Below the pieces are notes generated by a model. That model worked only from the letters and a program-made list of their open reading frames with translations. It was not told the DNA's origin and did no database searches. Below, piece by piece: positions 61,292 through 64,000 of a stretch of DNA of 64,000 nt. Position numbers and translations under genes: made by a program. Every line of letters begins with the position of its first letter. The stretch's first letter is position 1. Source of the DNA: Nitrospirota bacterium (GTDB lineage Bacteria; Nitrospirota; Nitrospiria; 2-01-FULL-66-17); assembly GCA_049325335.1 (NCBI GenBank), contig JBMOMC010000001.1:320001-384000 (forward strand), given 5' to 3'.

Positions 61292-62764
61292 ATGCCATCA
61301 TCTGTTTCGTCACCCGACGCACGTGATCCCAGCGTGCGCGTGCGCTTTGCGCCCAGCCCGACCGGGTATCTCCATGTGGGCGGGGCGCGCACCGCGCTAT
61401 TCAATTGGTTGTTCGCGCGGCACCACGGCGGGAAGTTTTTCCTACGCATCGAAGACACCGACCGCACCCGCTCGACCGAGGAGGCCATTGCCGCCATTTT
61501 GGACGGCATGACCTGGTTGGGTTTGAACTGGGACCAGTGGGAGAAAGCACCCGGCCCCCCGGTCCGTCAGACCGAGCGACTCACGCTCTATCAAACCAAG
61601 GCGTGGGACCTGTTCAACCAGGGCCTGGCGTATCGCTGTTACTGCACGGCCGAGGAACTTGAGGCCCGGCGCCAGGCCGCATTGGCCAGGGGCGAGGTGC
61701 CCAAATACGACGGCCGCTGCCGCGCGCTGACCGAACACGATCCGAACCGACCGTTCGCGCTGCGGTTCAAAACGCCGCACGAGGGCGAAACCGTGGTGGA
61801 TGACTTGGTTAAGGGCCGCGTCCTGTTCGAGAACCGTCAGCTCGACGACCTCATCATCCTGCGGTCGGACAATACGCCCACATACAACTTCTGCGTGGTG
61901 GTCGATGACGTGGACATGGCCATCACGCACGTGATCCGCGGCGACGACCACTTGAACAACACTCCGCGGCAGATTCAACTCTATAAGGCGTTCAACTACC
62001 CGATCCCGCGCTTCGGCCACCTTTCGATGATTCTGGGCGCGGACAAAGCTCGCCTGTCCAAACGGCACGGCGCCACCTCGGTCCAGACCTATCGGGACAT
62101 GGGGTACCTGCCGGACGCGCTGATCAACTACCTCGCGCGGCTCGGGTGGTCGCACGGAGACCAAGAAATTTTCACTCGCGAGGACATGGTCGCGAAGTTC
62201 ACATTGGATCACATCACCAGTTCCGCCGCGGTCTTCAATATGGACAAGCTGCTGTGGCTCAACGCCACGTACATCAAGACCGTGGAGCCTAAGGCACTGG
62301 TGCCGCACGTCGAAACACTGCTCAACGCACGTTATCCGGCGCTGGAGATCTCCACCGGGCGTCTTGAAGAAGTGCTCGTGGCTCACCGCGAGCGCAGCAA
62401 AACCCTGGCGGACATCGTGGATGCGGCCGTCATGTACCTGCCGGGCCGCCGCGAGTTTGACCCGGCTGCGGCGTCAAAATGTCTGACCGCCGAGTCCCTG
62501 CCGTTTCTGAAGCGCTTCCACGCGCTGCTGGATCAGACCCCTTTTTCGAAAGACGCGCACGAGGCGATGTTTGCCGCGCTGATCGCGGAGACCGGTCAGA
62601 AAATGGCCGCGCTCGCCCAGCCCCTGCGCGTGGCGCTCACCGGCAAAACCGTGAGCCCCGGCATCTACGACGTGCTGCGGTTGCTCGGCAAGGCCGAGGC
62701 CCTCACTCGCATCGACGAAACCATCCGCGCCATCGAGTCCAGGCGTTTCGCGCCGCAGTCTTGA
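61292..62764 (+). CDS. gltX: Glutamate--tRNA ligase
   Basis: RFAPSPTGYLHVGG (HIGH), LRIEDTD, HVIRGDDH, RLSKR (KMSKS). Confidence 0.97.
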   Translation: MPSSVSSPDARDPSVRVRFAPSPTGYLHVGGARTALFNWLFARHHGGKFFLRIEDTDRTRSTEEAIAAILDGMTWLGLNWDQWEKAPGPPVRQTERLTLYQTKAWDLFNQGLAYRCYCTAEELEARRQAALARGEVPKYDGRCRALTEHDPNRPFALRFKTPHEGETVVDDLVKGRVLFENRQLDDLIILRSDNTPTYNFCVVVDDVDMAITHVIRGDDHLNNTPRQIQLYKAFNYPIPRFGHLSMILGADKARLSKRHGATSVQTYRDMGYLPDALINYLARLGWSHGDQEIFTREDMVAKFTLDHITSSAAVFNMDKLLWLNATYIKTVEPKALVPHVETLLNARYPALEISTGRLEEVLVAHRERSKTLADIVDAAVMYLPGRREFDPAAASKCLTAESLPFLKRFHALLDQTPFSKDAHEAMFAALIAETGQKMAALAQPLRVALTGKTVSPGIYDVLRLLGKAEALTRIDETIRAIESRRFAPQS

Positions 62765-62789
62765 CACCCCATCGGCTTTTCCGTAGAGT
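62761..62789 (+). promoter_or_regulatory. sigma70 promoter for tRNA-Gln
   Basis: TTGACA-17bp-TAGAGT. Confidence 0.65.
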
Positions 62790-62838
62790 CAGCGCCGATC
62801 GCGTCCGGGCGCCACTGGTCGCGGGGGGCCTTGGGTTT

Positions 62839-62912
<74 letters not shown>

Positions 62913-62917
62913 CCCCC

Positions 62918-64000
62918 ATGGCGACCCGTCCAGCACGCACGCCGTCCCAATCAGCGCCTGCTCGTCCCGACAGCGGGCTTGAGCGATACCTCAAGCTCAG
63001 TCGCCTGTCCTACCCCGTGCCCGCACACGGCAACACCTTGCCGTACACCTTGGGCGGCATCGCGTTGTTGGGGTTTCTCCTGCTGTTCGTCAGCGGGTTC
63101 TTGCTCGCGCAGTTCGTGGATCCGAGCCCGGAGCGGGCGTATCAGAGCGTCAAGGCCCTGGGCGAGCGCGTGCCCGGCGGGGCATGGATTCGCGCGCTGC
63201 ACTATTGGACCGCGCAAGCCGTGGTGGCGGCATTGGCCCTACACGTGGCGCGTATCGTGTTCTCGGGCGCGTACAAGGCCCCACGCCTCGTGACCTGGTA
63301 CGTGGGGCTGGCGCTCCTGGGTCTGGGCGTGTTCGGCTCGTACTTTTCCGGCACCGTGCTCAAGTGGGACCAGGAGTCGTTCGACGCCTTGAAGCACTAT
63401 GAGGCCGGGCTCACCTGGCTCGGTCCATTGGGAACTTTCATGGGCGCGACCGACGCGGTGTCGCTCAACGTGAAGTTGTATGCCTCACACGTCTCGATCC
63501 TCCCGCTGGTGATCGTCGCGTTTCTGATCGCGCACTTTTACCTGGTCAACACGCACAGCCTGTCGCCGCTGCCGTACGGCGAGGACTCGGCCCGCGAGTC
63601 CGTGCCCGCGGAACGCATGACCGGCACCATGGTCGAACACGTCAAAGCCATCGCCCTGTTCGGGGGCATATACTTCGGCGCGGTCGCAATGCTCGCCGCC
63701 GTCGTGCCCGCGCCGCTGGGCGACCCGGTCACCGGGGAGGAAATGAGCCTGAAGCCGCCGTGGCCGTTCTTGTGGTTGTACGGGCTGGAAAACCTCACGG
63801 GGAAGATGGACACGATGTTTCACGCGCTGGGCGCCCTGTTCCTGGCCTTGGCCGCGTTGCCGCTGGTGGATCGCGGCGCGGAGCGCCACCCCGCCCGCCG
63901 CAAGGGCGTGCTTGCGGTGTCGGGAACCGTCATGGTGGCCATGATCGGGCTGACTGTGTACGCGGCGGCGACCCCGCCGCAATTGCATCATCACGAGCAT
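62918..64000 (+). CDS. Cytochrome b/b6-family protein (runs off the window; absent from the ORF track)
   Basis: Open frame from ATG at 62918: TLGGI, IRALHYW..LHVARI..GAYKAPR..W, GTVLKWDQ, SHVS..IAH (four heme His), KPPWP. Confidence 0.88.
   Translation, partial: MATRPARTPSQSAPARPDSGLERYLKLSRLSYPVPAHGNTLPYTLGGIALLGFLLLFVSGFLLAQFVDPSPERAYQSVKALGERVPGGAWIRALHYWTAQAVVAALALHVARIVFSGAYKAPRLVTWYVGLALLGLGVFGSYFSGTVLKWDQESFDALKHYEAGLTWLGPLGTFMGATDAVSLNVKLYASHVSILPLVIVAFLIAHFYLVNTHSLSPLPYGEDSARESVPAERMTGTMVEHVKAIALFGGIYFGAVAMLAAVVPAPLGDPVTGEEMSLKPPWPFLWLYGLENLTGKMDTMFHALGALFLALAALPLVDRGAERHPARRKGVLAVSGTVMVAMIGLTVYAAATPPQLHHHEH

Overview
High-GC bacterial chromosomal window of mostly housekeeping genes. 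The gene complement is reminiscent of Nitrospirota or deltaproteobacterial-type lineages, but that is inference only. Core content: trmJ, a Cph1/Rcp1-style multi-sensor phosphorelay, an rhlB-like helicase, xseB-ispA-dxs, lipA, two GH57/glycogen clusters, rnr, serS, pdxST, mrcB with a TPR lipoprotein, hemW, a cold-shock protein, dcd, glpD, moaB, proC, LOG, a double-domain thyX, gltX, tRNA-Met(CAT), tRNA-Gln(CTG) and a partial cytochrome b. Accessory content: (i) a lone Ser/Thr kinase between the tRNA-Met 3' end and a degenerate repeat of it; (ii) a type III R-M locus ordered res, Schlafen/AlbA_2 gene, mod, with mod frameshifted; (iii) a PEP-CTERM gene with a sigma54-like promoter and enhancer-like sites. 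Most interesting candidates: a secreted diheme cytochrome c fused to an FGE domain that keeps a CxxxxC pair, followed by a Cys-less FGE-like lipoprotein; a coupled ATP-grasp ligase and lysine 2,3-aminomutase operon behind a structured leader or 35-aa leaderless ORF; a HEAT-repeat and HD-GYP pair sharing an unrecognised N-terminal domain; and several apparently leaderless genes. No CRISPR array, rRNA, transposase or integrase was seen. All calls come from reading motifs by eye; no searches were run.
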